From Candidatus Saccharimonadota bacterium (GTDB lineage: Bacteria > Pseudomonadota > Gammaproteobacteria > Enterobacterales > Enterobacteriaceae): a stretch of 32,000 nucleotides of DNA. The notes beneath the pieces were generated by a model. The model was not told the DNA's origin. It ran no database searches and saw only the letters and a program-made list of their open reading frames with translations. A program made the translations under genes and the position numbers. Positions 10,907 to 22,100 of this stretch are shown in pieces (the first letter of the stretch is position 1; every line of letters begins with the position of its first letter). The stretch spans positions 30,001 to 62,000 of the forward strand of contig CP144768.1 of assembly GCA_036689225.1 (NCBI GenBank), in the 5' to 3' direction.

Positions 10907-10927
10907 TTTTTATATTTTTTTAATTAT

Positions 10928-11239
10928 ATGCAAAATCAAAGAATACGTATTAAATTAAAATCTTTTGATCATCGTTTAGTAGATATTTCTACTTTAGAAA
11001 TAATAGAAACGGCTAAAAGAACTGGTGCACAAGTTTGTGGACCTATTCCTTTACCTACTTCTATTGAACGTTTTACTGTATTAACTTCTCCTCATGTTGA
11101 TAAAGATGCTAGAGATCAATATGAAATTAGAACTCATAAACGTTTAATTGATATAATTGAATCTACTGATAAAACTGTTGATGCTTTAATGAAATTAAAT
11201 TTAGCTTCTGGAGTAGATGTTCAGATTAGTTTAAGTTAA
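10928..11239 (+). CDS. rpsJ: 30S ribosomal protein S10
   Basis: Intact 103-aa [22 protein letters not shown]...GPIPLPT...[29 protein letters not shown] matches S10. Confidence 0.97.
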   Translation: MQNQRIRIKLKSFDHRLVDISTLEIIETAKRTGAQVCGPIPLPTSIERFTVLTSPHVDKDARDQYEIRTHKRLIDIIESTDKTVDALMKLNLASGVDVQISLS

Positions 11240-11267
11240 TGTTTAATTTTTTAAAAAAAAAAAAAAA

Positions 11268-11879
11268 ATGATATCTTTAATTGGAAAAAAAATAGGTATG
11301 ACAAGAATTTTTGTTGATAATTTATCAATACCTATAAGTGTAATTAAAATAGATAATAATATTATTACTTGTATTAATAAAAATAGTGTTCAAATTACTA
11401 CAGGTAATATAAAAATAAAAAAAGTAAATAAATGTCAATTAGGTTTTTATAAAAAAATAAATTTGAATCCTGGAGAAGGGTTATGAGAAATTCCTTATAT
11501 TAAAAAAATACATACTCATATTGGAAAAATTCTTGATATTAGTTTATTAGTTAATATTAAAAATATAGATATTACTGGTTATTCTAAAGGTAAAGGTTTC
11601 TCTGGTACAATTAAAAGATGAAATTTTAGTTCTCAAGATAGTTCTCATGGAAATTCTTTATCTCATAGAGTTCCTGGTTCTATAGGTCAAAATCAAAGTC
11701 CTGGAAAAGTATTTAAAGGTAAAAAAATGTCTGGTCGTTTAGGTAATGAAAGAATTACGATAAAAAATTTAAAAATTATTAAAATATATATTAAAAAAAA
11801 TATTTTATTAGTTAAAGGATCTATTCCAGGTTTTAATAATAGTAAAATTATTATTAAATCTTCAATTAATTATAATTAA
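11268..11879 (+). CDS. rplC: 50S ribosomal protein L3
   Basis: ORF 11268..11486 extended through TGA 11484 and 11619 ([11 protein letters not shown]). [40 protein letters not shown] is colinear with E. coli L3. TAA at 11877-11879. Confidence 0.95.
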
Positions 11880-11890
11880 ATTATAAGTTT

Positions 11891-12502
11891 ATGGATATAA
11901 TATTAAAAGATAATTATTTAAATATAAAAATATCAGATAAAATTTTAAATGTTCCTTTAAATATGTCTTTAATACATCAAGTTGTTAGATCTTATAGATT
12001 TAATTTACGTAAAGGTAATGTTTCTCAAAAATCTCGGTCTGATGTTAAAGGTTCTAAAAAAAAACCTTGAAAACAAAAAGGTACTGGTAGAGCAAGATGT
12101 GGTTCTTTAAAGAGTCCTTTATTACGTTCTGGAGGAGTTACTTTTGCTTCTAAACCTAGAAAATATAAATTAAAAATTAATAGAAAAATGTATATTAATG
12201 CATTTAAAAGTATTTTATCTGAATTATTTAGACAGTCTAGATTACATATAATTAATGATATAAATATATCTTTACCTAAAACTAAAGAATTTATTAAAAT
12301 TTTTAATTTTATTAGTTTAGATAAATTATTAATAATAATTCATGATTATAAAAAATCTATATTTTTATCTTCTCGTAATTTACATAATGTTTATGTATGT
12401 AATGTTAATAATATAAATATTATAAATTTTATAAAATATAAAAATACTGTTTTTACTTTAAAATCAATTAAAATAATTGAGGATAGATTAATTAATGGAT
12501 AA
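11891..12502 (+). CDS. rplD: 50S ribosomal protein L4
   Basis: ATG 11891. KKKPW(TGA 12068)KQKGTGRARCGSLKSPLLRSGGVTFASKP joins to ORF 12188..12502 in the same frame. Confidence 0.93.
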
Positions 12503-12797
12503 TATAAATTATTATTTAAATTTTATTAAAAAACCTTTTTTTTCTAATAAATCTTCTTTTTTATATAAAAAAAATAATACTTTAGTATTTAAAGTTGATT
12601 TAAATATTAATAAATTAGATATATATTTTGCTATAAAAAAAATTTTTGGTTTTAAAATTAAAAAAATTAGAACTTTATTAGTAAAAAAAAAAATTAATTC
12701 TAAAAATAAAAAAAATAAAATTATTAAAATTTGAAAAAAAGTATATATTATTTTAGAAAAAAATCAAAATATTAATATAAATAATAGATTGTTTTAA
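12495..12797 (+). CDS. rplW: 50S ribosomal protein L23
   Basis: ORF 12495..12734 extended through TGA 12732 to TAA 12795-12797. Position (between rplD and rplB) and size (100 aa) fit L23. The sequence is very degenerate (Lys/Asn/Ile-rich). It overlaps rplD by 8 nt. Confidence 0.8.
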
Positions 12798-12809
12798 TTT
12801 TAAATTTTT

Positions 12810-13634
<825 letters not shown>

Positions 13635-13655
13635 TTAAAATATAAGGGTATATAT

Positions 13656-13952
13656 ATGTCTCGTTCTTTTAAAAAAGGTCCTTTTATTGATATTTCCTTA
13701 CTTAAAAAAGTTAAAAAAGTTGTTTCTAGTAATAAAAAAAATATTATTTATACTTGATCTAGAAGATCTACAATATTACCAAATATGGTTGGTTTAACAA
13801 TAGGAGTTCATAATGGTAGAAAACATATTCCTGTATATATTATAGAAGAAATGATAGGTCATAAATTAGGAGAATTTTCTCCTACAAGAACCTATAGAGG
13901 TCATTTATCTAATTCTAATAGTAATATTAATAAAAATAAAAAAGATAAATAA
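13656..13952 (+). CDS. rpsS: 30S ribosomal protein S19
   Basis: Manual translation gives [19 protein letters not shown]...IYTW(TGA 13755)[49 protein letters not shown]. taaggg SD-like motif upstream. TAA at 13950-13952. Confidence 0.95.
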
Positions 13953-13969
13953 ATTTTATTTGGATATTT

Positions 13970-14338
13970 ATGAATATTTTATCTATAGGTCGTTATTTGA
14001 AATCTTCTTGTAGAAAATTAAGATTAGTTTCTAATTTAATTAGAGGAAAAAATGTTAATATTGCTTTAAATATTTTAGATTTTACTAATAAAAAAGCTTC
14101 TTTATTAATTAAAAAAGTTTTATTATCTGCGATATCTAATGCTTATAATAATTATGGTATTAATAAAGATTTTTTAATAATTTCTAAAATATATGTTGAT
14201 CATGCTCATTCTTCTAAAAGAATTATACCTAGAGCTAAAGGAAGATTAAATTATATATTAAAAAAAACTAGTCATTTAACTATATATCTTTCAAAAATTT
14301 ATAATAATAAAGGTAAAAAATATGGGTCAAAAAGTTAA
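13970..14338 (+). CDS. rplV: 50S ribosomal protein L22 (C-terminally extended into rpsC)
   Basis: Intact 122-aa ORF. ...SSCRKLRLVSNLIRGKNVNIALNIL.F...RIIPRAKGRLNYILKKTSHLTIYLSK matches L22. About 13 extra residues run across the rpsC SD and start. Confidence 0.93.
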   Translation: MNILSIGRYLKSSCRKLRLVSNLIRGKNVNIALNILDFTNKKASLLIKKVLLSAISNAYNNYGINKDFLIISKIYVDHAHSSKRIIPRAKGRLNYILKKTSHLTIYLSKIYNNKGKKYGSKS

Positions 14339-15029
14339 TCCTAATATTATTCGTTTAGGTATAACAAAAATGTGAAATTCAACATGATTTGTTAATAAAA
14401 AAGATTTTGCTAATAATTTATATAGTGATTATAAAGTTCGTAATTATTTAAATAAAAAATTATCTAAAGCATTAATATCTAAAATATTAATTGAAAGACC
14501 TGCTAAAAAAAGTATTAAAATTATTATATATACTGCTAGACCTGGTATAGTAATAGGAAAAAAAGGTGAAGATATAGAAAAACTTAAAAATGAAATTTCT
14601 AATATAACTGGTGTTCCTTCTCAAATAAATATTTTAGAAATTCGTAAACCTGAGTTAGATTCTAAATTAGTTGCAGATAATATTGCTTTTCAATTAGAAA
14701 AACGTATGATGTTTAGAAGAGTTATGAAAAGAGCTATTTATAATGCTTTACGTTTAGGTTGTAAAGGTATTAAAATTAGAATTAGTGGTAGATTAGGTGG
14801 TACTGATATTGCAAGAACTGAATGATATAAAGAAGGATGTATTCCATTACATACTTTAAGAGCAGATATAGATTATAGTTTTAAACAAGCTTTTACAAAT
14901 TATGGTGTAATAGGTATTAAAGTTTGAATATTTAAAGGACAAATATTGGATAAATTGTATCCTATAAAATTATATTACAATAATGTTATGAGTTTTAAAA
15001 AATATTTAAAAAATATAATAAAAAAATAA
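14322..15029 (+). CDS. rpsC: 30S ribosomal protein S3
   Basis: Manual translation from ATG 14322: [23 protein letters not shown]...[17 protein letters not shown]...[30 protein letters not shown]...GVIGIKVW-IFKG. Five TGA codons fall at Trp positions conserved in E. coli S3. TAA at 15027-15029. Confidence 0.96.
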
Positions 15030-15046
15030 TATTGAGAATTTAATTT

Positions 15047-15478
15047 ATGTTAAAACCTAAAAAAACTAAATATAAAAAAATGCAAAAAGGTCGTAATAAA
15101 GGTTGATCTAATGATACTGAAATTATTTTTGGTAAATATGCTTTAAAAGCTGTTACTAGAGGTCATATATCTTCTAAACAAATAGAATCTGCACGTCGTG
15201 TAATAACTCGTTCTATAAAAAAACAAGGTTTTATGTGAATAAGAATATTTCCTGATAAACCTATTACTAAAAAACCTTTAGAAGTTAGAATGGGTAAAGG
15301 TAAAGGTAATGTTGAATATTGAGTATCAGTTATAAAACCAGGTAAAATATTATATGAATTAGATGGAATAGATGAATTAACTGCTAAAAGAGCTTTTAAA
15401 TTAGCTAGTGCAAAATTATCTGTAAAAACAATTTTTGTTGTAAAAAATAATTTATTATGATCAACAGTAAATTTTTAA
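15047..15478 (+). CDS. rplP: 50S ribosomal protein L16
   Basis: [20 protein letters not shown]...[57 protein letters not shown]. Under code 4 the frame passes TGA 15458-15460 and stops at TAA 15476-15478. If UGA could still stop here, the end would be 15460. Confidence 0.92.
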
Positions 15479-15663
15479 AAAATAAAAATATAGAAGAATT
15501 AAATAAAGATTTATCTTTTTTATTAAAAGAAAAATTTAATTTAAAAATGCAATTATATTTAAATAAAATTAAAAAAAATCATTTAATTCGTAATTGTAAA
15601 AAAAAAATAATTATTATTAAAACTATTTTAACAGAAAAAAAAAAATATGAAAAAAAAAAGTAG
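15457..15663 (+). CDS. rpmC: 50S ribosomal protein L29
   Basis: Intact 68-aa ORF. ...[22 protein letters not shown]... matches L29 (E. coli [22 protein letters not shown]). The ATG is embedded in ttATGAtc, which overlaps the rplP frame. Its TAG stop is the only non-TAA stop seen in the window. Confidence 0.9.
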   Translation: MINSKFLKNKNIEELNKDLSFLLKEKFNLKMQLYLNKIKKNHLIRNCKKKIIIIKTILTEKKKYEKKK

Positions 15664-15889
15664 AATTAAAAAAGTTATTGTAATTAGTAATAAAATGAAT
15701 AAAACTATTATAGTTAAAATTAATAGATTAGTTAAACATAAAATATATGGTAAATATATTAAAAAAAGTACTAAATTTTTTGTTCATGATGAATATAATA
15801 AATGTAATGTTGGTGATGTTATAATGATAAAAGAATTTCGTCCTATTTCTAAAAAAAAATCATGAATTTTATATAAATTATTAAAATAA
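15647..15889 (+). CDS. rpsQ: 30S ribosomal protein S17
   Basis: ORF 15647..15865 extended through TGA 15863 (ISKKKSW-ILYKLLK; E. coli SKTKSWTLVRVVEK) to TAA 15887-15889. It overlaps rpmC by 17 nt. Confidence 0.92.
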
Positions 15890-15908
15890 TAATAAGGTAT
15901 TTATTTAT

Positions 15909-16277
15909 ATGATTCAAGAAAGATCTATTTTATTTGTATCAGATAATACTGGTATTAAATCAGTTATGTGTATAAAAGTATTAGGTGGAACAAGATTTAA
16001 ATATGCTAATATTGGAAATGTTATAAAAGTAGTTGTTAAGGAAATTTTTTCAAAAAGTAAAATTAAAAAAGGAGATGTATTAAAAGCTTTAATTATAAGA
16101 ACTAAATATGGAATACAAAGAAAAGATGGTTCTTTTATAAAATTTGATAATAATTCTTGTATAATATTAAATGATAAAAATCAACCATTAGGTACAAGAA
16201 TTTTTGGACCAATTTCTAGAGAATTAAAATGTGATAAATTTATGAAAATTGTTTCTCTTGCTCCTGAAGTAATTTAA
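15909..16277 (+). CDS. rplN: 50S ribosomal protein L14
   Basis: Intact 122-aa [30 protein letters not shown]...[12 protein letters not shown]...[18 protein letters not shown] matches L14. aaggt upstream. Confidence 0.96.
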   Translation: MIQERSILFVSDNTGIKSVMCIKVLGGTRFKYANIGNVIKVVVKEIFSKSKIKKGDVLKALIIRTKYGIQRKDGSFIKFDNNSCIILNDKNQPLGTRIFGPISRELKCDKFMKIVSLAPEVI

Positions 16278-16291
16278 TAGGAATAATTATT

Positions 16292-16618
16292 ATGTCTTTT
16301 AAATTTTGTGTTAATGATAAAGTTATAGTTATATCTGGTAATTGTAAAGGAAAAATAGGTTTAATAAAAAAAATAAAATTTAATAAAGTTATTATTAATA
16401 ATATTAATTTAGTTTATAAAAATATTAAATCTAATCCTATTAATAATATAGTAGGTAAAATTATAAAAAAAGAATCTTGAATAAATATTTCCAATATTAG
16501 TCATTTTGTTATAATTAATAATAAAATTATTTTTTCTAAAGTAGGTTTTAAATATTTAAAAAATAATAAAAAGGTTCGTTATTTAAAATATAATAATTTA
16601 TTAATTGATAAAAAATAA
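16292..16618 (+). CDS. rplX: 50S ribosomal protein L24
   Basis: ORF 16292..16480 extended through TGA 16478 to TAA 16616-16618. Position and size (108 aa) fit, and the KOW-like N-terminus (VNDKVIVISGNCKGKIG) is present. The C-terminal half is degenerate. Confidence 0.85.
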
Positions 16619-16619
16619 T

Positions 16620-17159
16620 ATGAGTAAATTATATAATTTATATAAAAATGTTATTATATATGATTTTATTAAAAAATTTAATTATAAATCTATTATGGAA
16701 GTACCAAAATTAATAAAAATAGTTTTAAGTGTTAGTTTAAATTCTATAGATTTATCTCAGAATAAAATAAATAATGTTATATTAAATTTAAAATTAATTT
16801 CTGGTCAATTACCTATAATTACTAAATCTAAAAAATCTATATCTAGTTTTAAAATACGTAAAAATTTTCCTATTGGATGTAAAGTTACTTTAAGAAAAAA
16901 ATTAATGTGATTTTTTTTAGATAAATTAATATTTATTGTTATTCCTAGAATTAGAGATTTTAGAGGTATTTCAAAAAAATCTTTTGATAATTATGGTAAT
17001 TTAAATATTGGTATAAAAGAACATATTATATTTCCTGAAATTGATTATGAAAAAACTAAATATATTCATGGAATGAATATTTCTATTGTTATTAAAAATA
17101 AAAATATTAAAGAATCTATATTTTTATTAAATTGTTTTTCTTTTCCTTTTAAAAATTAA
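16620..17159 (+). CDS. rplE: 50S ribosomal protein L5
   Basis: ORF 16605..16910 trimmed to ATG 16620 (MSKLYNLYKNVIIYDFIKKFNYKSIMEVPKL; E. coli [31 protein letters not shown]). It is extended through TGA 16908 (...IPRIRDFRGIS..SFDNYGNLNIGIKEHIIFPEIDY) to TAA 17157-17159. Confidence 0.94.
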
Positions 17160-17182
17160 TATAAAAATTTATAATTATTATT

Positions 17183-17488
17183 ATGACTAAAAAATCTATT
17201 ATAATTCGTGAAAATAAAAGAATTAAATTAATTAAAAAATATTATTATATAAAATTAAAATTAAAAAGAATTATTTCTAATATTAAATCTTCTAGTAAAG
17301 AAAGATGAAATGCTATAATTAAATTACAATCTTTACCAAGAAATTCTAGTATTTGTAGACATCGTAATAGATGTAAATTAACTGGTAGATCACATGGTTA
17401 TTTACGCAAATTTGGATTAAGTAGAATTAAATTTCGTGAATTTGCAGTTAAAGGAGATATTCCAGGTTTAAAAAAATCTAGTTGGTAA
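17183..17488 (+). CDS. rpsN: 30S ribosomal protein S14
   Basis: Manual translation: [21 protein letters not shown]...SSKERW(TGA)[59 protein letters not shown]. The last Trp here is TGG 17483-17485. Confidence 0.94.
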
Positions 17489-17519
17489 TTAAATTAATTT
17501 TTATTAAGGTAATTAATTT

Positions 17520-17918
17520 ATGAGTATGCAAGATTCTATATCAGATATGTTTACATGTATAAGAAATGCTCAAAAGGCAAAAAAAAATAAAATAATTATT
17601 TATTATACTAAATTTAAATATTCTATATTAAAAGTTATATATTCTGAAGGTTATATTAAAAAATATAATATATTTTTTGATGTTTTAAAAAAAAAAAAAA
17701 TAGTTATATATTTAAAATATTATGATAATAAACCTGTTATTTCTAATATTAAAAGAATAAGTAAACCTAGTTTACGTATTTACAAATCATATAAAAAATT
17801 ACCTTTATTTATGTCTGGTTTAGGTATTATTATTATATCTACTTCTAAAGGTGTATTATCTGATAAACAAGCTCGTATTTTAAATGTTGGTGGAGAATTA
17901 ATTGGTTCTATATTTTAA
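17520..17918 (+). CDS. rpsH: 30S ribosomal protein S8
   Basis: Intact 132-aa ORF. MSMQDSISDMFTCIRNAQKA...ISKPSLRIYKSYKKLP..MSGLGIIIISTSKGVLSDKQAR..NVGGELIG matches S8. It contains an in-frame A14 tract (17687-17700). Confidence 0.96.
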   Translation: MSMQDSISDMFTCIRNAQKAKKNKIIIYYTKFKYSILKVIYSEGYIKKYNIFFDVLKKKKIVIYLKYYDNKPVISNIKRISKPSLRIYKSYKKLPLFMSGLGIIIISTSKGVLSDKQARILNVGGELIGSIF

Positions 17919-17942
17919 TAAATTATTTATTAGGATAATATA

Positions 17943-18485
17943 ATGTCAAGAATTGCAAAAAAACCTATTTTAATACCTAAAGGTATTAAAGTAAATATTA
18001 TTAATAATAAAATAATTATTTTAAAAGATAATTTAATTATTGAAAATATAATTCATTTTTCTATTTTAATTATTATTAAAAATAATAAAATTATTTTAAA
18101 AAATAATAATAATAATGATAAATATTCAATGTATGCTGGAACAACTCGTTCTATTATAAATAATATTTTATTAGGTTTAGAAAATAATTTTAAAAAAAAA
18201 TTATTATTAATTGGTATTGGTTATAAAGCTTATATTAAAAATAATATATTATTTTTAAATTTAGGATATTCTTATACTATTAAATATATAATACCTGATT
18301 ATGTTAATATTAAATGTTTAAATAATAAAATTATAATTAAAGGTTATGATAAACAAAAGGTAGGACAGGTAGCTGCTAAAATTAGGTCTTTTAGACCTCC
18401 TGAATGTTATAAAGAAGGTAAAGGAATAAGATATTATAATGAATTTATTCGTATTAAAGAACATAAAAAAAAAATAAGTAAATAA
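17943..18485 (+). CDS. rplF: 50S ribosomal protein L6
   Basis: Intact 180-aa [20 protein letters not shown]...LIGIGYKAY...[32 protein letters not shown] matches L6. Confidence 0.95.
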   Translation: MSRIAKKPILIPKGIKVNIINNKIIILKDNLIIENIIHFSILIIIKNNKIILKNNNNNDKYSMYAGTTRSIINNILLGLENNFKKKLLLIGIGYKAYIKNNILFLNLGYSYTIKYIIPDYVNIKCLNNKIIIKGYDKQKVGQVAAKIRSFRPPECYKEGKGIRYYNEFIRIKEHKKKISK

Positions 18486-18490
18486 TATAT

Positions 18491-18850
18491 ATGTTAAATA
18501 AATATAAAAGACGTTTACGTAGATGTAAAAAATTACGTTCATTATATAAAAAAGAAAATAAAATTTGTTTAGTAATTTATAAATCTTCTTATCATATTTA
18601 TGCTCAAATAATAAAATATACTAATAATAATTCTATTGTATTATTATCTGCTTCTACTTTAGAAAAAAAATATTTTAGTAAATTATATACTGGAAATAAA
18701 AATTCTGCTTGTATTGTTGGCAAACTTATTGCTAAAAGAGCTTTATATAGAGGTATTAAAAATATTGTATTTGATCGTTCTGGTTATAAATATCATGGAA
18801 GAATAAAAGCTTTAGCTAAATATGCTAGAAAATATGGTTTATTATTTTAA
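18491..18850 (+). CDS. rplR: 50S ribosomal protein L18
   Basis: Intact 119-aa ORF. ...[10 protein letters not shown]...LSASTLEK...[54 protein letters not shown] matches L18. Confidence 0.95.
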   Translation: MLNKYKRRLRRCKKLRSLYKKENKICLVIYKSSYHIYAQIIKYTNNNSIVLLSASTLEKKYFSKLYTGNKNSACIVGKLIAKRALYRGIKNIVFDRSGYKYHGRIKALAKYARKYGLLF

Positions 18851-18869
18851 TTTTTTTGGGTTTATATAT

Positions 18870-19373
18870 ATGCAAAAAATAAGTGTTAATAATAATGATT
18901 ATTATGAAAAATTAATATTTGTTAATAGAATTTCAAAAACTGTGAAAGGTGGTAGAATATTTTCTTTTTCTGCTTTAACTGTTGTTGGTAATAAAAATGG
19001 AAAAGTTGGTTATGGTTATGCTAAAGCTAAAGAAGTTCCATTAGCTATACAAAAATCTTTAGATAAATCTCGTAAAAATATTATTTTTATATCTTTAAAT
19101 AAAAAAAAAACTTTAAGATATTCTATTAAATATTATTATAATAGTACTATTATTTTTATAAAACCTGCTAATGAAGGTACTGGAATTATAGCTGGAAAAA
19201 CTATGAAATTTTTATTTGAAGTGGCTGGAATAGAAAATATTTTATCTAAATGTTATGGATCTACTAATCCTATAAATGTAATTAAAGCAACTTTTAAAGC
19301 TTTATATAATATTCAATCTCCTTTATTTATTGCTAATAAAAGAGGTAAATTTTTAAAAGAAATTTTTTGTTAA
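18870..19373 (+). CDS. rpsE: 30S ribosomal protein S5
   Basis: ORF 18822..19373 trimmed to ATG 18870, because the upstream 16 codons overlap rplR and lack homology. [48 protein letters not shown] matches S5. Confidence 0.94.
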   Translation: MQKISVNNNDYYEKLIFVNRISKTVKGGRIFSFSALTVVGNKNGKVGYGYAKAKEVPLAIQKSLDKSRKNIIFISLNKKKTLRYSIKYYYNSTIIFIKPANEGTGIIAGKTMKFLFEVAGIENILSKCYGSTNPINVIKATFKALYNIQSPLFIANKRGKFLKEIFC

Positions 19374-19403
19374 ATTAAAATTATTTAATTAGGAAATTTA
19401 ATT

Positions 19404-19829
19404 ATGTTATTTTTAAATAGTATATTTTTAATGTCTAAAAATAAAAAAAATAAACGTTTAGGTAGAGGTTCAGGTTCTGGTTTAGGTAAAACTTGTGGAA
19501 GAGGTAATAAAGGTCAAAAATCTAGATCAGGATATAATTTTAAAAGATATTTTGAAGGAGGTCAAACACCATTTTATCGTAGAATACCTAAATTTGGTTT
19601 TAATAGTAAAAAAAATATTTTTTGTAAGGAATTATGTTTAGATAAATTAAATATATTTAATAATAATACTATTATAAATTTAAAAATTTTAAAAAAAAAT
19701 AAAATTATAAAAAATAATATTAAAAGTGTTAAAATAATATTAGGAAATGGATTTTTAAAAAAAAAAATTAAAATATTAGATAATAATATAAAATTATCAT
19801 CTAGTGTTTATAAAATTTTAAATTATTAA
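19404..19829 (+). CDS. rplO: 50S ribosomal protein L15
   Basis: Intact 141-aa [53 protein letters not shown] matches L15. aggaaa SD upstream. It follows rpsE after only 30 nt, so rpmD is absent. Confidence 0.95.
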   Translation: MLFLNSIFLMSKNKKNKRLGRGSGSGLGKTCGRGNKGQKSRSGYNFKRYFEGGQTPFYRRIPKFGFNSKKNIFCKELCLDKLNIFNNNTIINLKILKKNKIIKNNIKSVKIILGNGFLKKKIKILDNNIKLSSSVYKILNY

Positions 19830-19847
19830 TTATAAATTAAGGTTTAT

Positions 19848-21158
19848 ATGGGTATTAAAAATATTTCATTTGATTCATTATTAGATAGTTTTAATGAATT
19901 AAAAAATAGATTATTATTTTTGTTTTTTTCTATATTTATATTTCGTATAGGTACTTTTATATCAATACCTGGTATAAATATACATTTATTAAATAATATA
20001 TTTAAAAATAATAATAGTATTATTAATATATTTAATATATTTTCAGGTGGAACATTATTTAATACTTCTATTTTTGCTTTAGGTATTATACCGTATATTT
20101 CATCTTCTGTAATAATACAATTATTAACTTTTACTTTTCCTTCATTTTTAAAATTAAATAATAATAATATTGATAGTAGATTAAAAATTAATAGATATAT
20201 GAAATATTTAACTTTATTTTTATCTATTATTCAATCTATTTTAGTATTTTTAACTATTAATAAATTTAATAATTATGGTAATATATTTTTATATAATAAT
20301 TTAATTAATTATATTATTTCAATAATTAGTTTAATTACTGGAACAATATTTTTAATGTGATTAGGTGAACAAATTTCTGAAAATGGTTTAGGTAATGGTA
20401 TATCAGTTATAATGTTTATAGGAATAATATCTAATTTACCTAAATCTTTATTTAATTTATTTAATTTGATTATAAATAAAAATTTATCTTATATAAAATT
20501 ATTATTAATGTTTTTTTTAATTATTTTTACTATATATTTTATAATTTTTGTTGAACTTGCTGAAAGGAAAATATTAGTTATATATCCTTCTAAAGGATAT
20601 AGAAATATTAAATATTTTTTTTCTTCTTATAATACTTTTTTACCTTTTAAAGTTAATATGTCGGGAATAATACCATCTATTTTTACTTCAAGTATAATGT
20701 TAATTCCTTCAGTTATTTTAATTTGATTAAATAATTTTATAAAATCTAAATATATATTTTATATTTATAATTTGTTTTTTCCTAAAAATTTTTTATATTT
20801 ATTAATATATATATTTTTTATAATATTTTTTTGTTTTTTTTATAGTTTATTAATATATAATCCTAAAAATATTGCTAATAATTTAAAGATGACTGGTGCT
20901 TATATACCTAAAATTAGACCTGGTAAAAATACATCATTTTTTTTAAAAAAAAAAATTTTAAAATTAACTTTATTTAGTTCTATTTATATATTAATAATAT
21001 GTTTAATTCCTGATTTTATATATAATATATTAAATATTAATTTTAGTTTTAATGGTACATCTTTATTAATTATTATAACTGTTATTATTGATTTTATATC
21101 TCAAATAAAATCTTTAATAATGTCAAATAGTTATTTTTCTATTTTTAAAAAAATATAA
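19848..21158 (+). CDS. secY: protein translocase subunit SecY
   Basis: Fragments 19848..20360, 20412..20726 and 20772..21158 all lie in frame 0. They are joined across TGA 20358 ([23 protein letters not shown]) and TGA 20724. The sequence is colinear with E. coli SecY to the end ([43 protein letters not shown]). Confidence 0.96.
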
Positions 21159-21166
21159 TTAAATAT

Positions 21167-21283
21167 ATGAAAGTAAGAGCTTCTATTAAAAAAATTTGTT
21201 CTTTTTGTAAAATTGTTAAACGTCATGGTGTATTACATGTTATATGTAATAATAATCCTAAACATAAACAACGTCAGGGTTAA
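21167..21283 (+). CDS. rpmJ: 50S ribosomal protein L36
   Basis: Below the ORF-track size cutoff. Manual translation gives [38 protein letters not shown], a canonical L36. Confidence 0.93.
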   Translation: MKVRASIKKICSFCKIVKRHGVLHVICNNNPKHKQRQG

Positions 21284-21310
21284 TATTAAAATTTTAAAGG
21301 ATAATAATTT

Positions 21311-21667
21311 ATGGTTATTAGAATATGTGGAGTGAATATTTTAGAAAATAAGTCTATTTTATTTGCTTTAACTTCTATATATGGAATAGGAAAATCACGT
21401 TCTAGATTTATTTGTGATAAATTAAATATTAATTATTATATAAAAATTAAAAATTTAAATAATATTCAGATAGATTTAATAAGAAAAAATATTTCTAATT
21501 TTGTTTTAGAAGGTGATCTTCGTAGAGAGGTTATGTTAAATATTAAAAGATTAATTGATATAAATTGTTATAGAGGTATTAGACATAGAAAAAAATTACC
21601 GGTTCGTGGACAACGAACAAGAACTAATGCTAAAACTCGTAAAAAAATATATAAAATTAAAAAATAA
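21311..21667 (+). CDS. rpsM: 30S ribosomal protein S13
   Basis: Intact 118-aa ORF. ...[13 protein letters not shown]...[47 protein letters not shown] matches S13. Confidence 0.96.
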   Translation: MVIRICGVNILENKSILFALTSIYGIGKSRSRFICDKLNINYYIKIKNLNNIQIDLIRKNISNFVLEGDLRREVMLNIKRLIDINCYRGIRHRKKLPVRGQRTRTNAKTRKKIYKIKK

Positions 21668-21690
21668 TTTTATTAAGGAATTATATTTAT

Positions 21691-22074
21691 ATGTCTAAAA
21701 TAAAAAATATTAAAAAAAAAAAAAAACAAATATTAAATGGTATAGCACATATATATGCTTCTTTTAATAATACTATAATTAGTATTACTGATAAATTAGG
21801 AAATGTTTTAAGTTGAAAAACATCTGGTGGTTCTGGTTTTAGAGGATCTAGAAAATCTACACCTTTTGCTGCTCAAATTGCAACTGAAAAATGTGCTGAT
21901 GTTGTTAAATCTTATGGTATAAAAAATTTAGAAATTATGGTTAATGGGCCTGGTCCTGGAAGAGAATCTAGTATAAGAGCATTATATAATGCTGGTTTTA
22001 ATATTGTTAATATAAGTGATATTACTCCTATTCCTCATAATGGATGTCGTGCTCCTAAAAAAAGACGTGTTTAA
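21691..22074 (+). CDS. rpsK: 30S ribosomal protein S11
   Basis: Manual translation: [42 protein letters not shown](TGA)[22 protein letters not shown]...[42 protein letters not shown]. It contains an in-frame A15 tract (21712-21726). Confidence 0.95.
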
Positions 22075-22100
22075 ATTATTTAAATTTAAGGTATTTAATA

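Noticed and set aside
15455-15478. Programmed ribosomal frameshift or selenocysteine at the rplP TGA.
   Set aside because: There is no SECIS-like structure or slippery heptamer. Plain UGA=Trp read-through to the next TAA explains the sequence.
18318-18542. 74-aa minus-strand ORF.
   Set aside because: It is antisense to the rplF 3' end and the rplR 5' end. Its composition is low-complexity, so it is spurious.
18822-18869. Upstream extensions suggested by the ORF track for rpsE (18822), rplE (TTG 16605) and rpsL (6654).
   Set aside because: The extensions overlap the preceding gene or lack homology. The internal ATGs (18870, 16620, 6666) align with orthologue N-termini and have SD-like motifs.
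19374-19403. A relic of rpmD in the rpsE-rplO spacer.
   Set aside because: Only 30 nt are available, and most of it is the rplO SD region. That is too short to evaluate.
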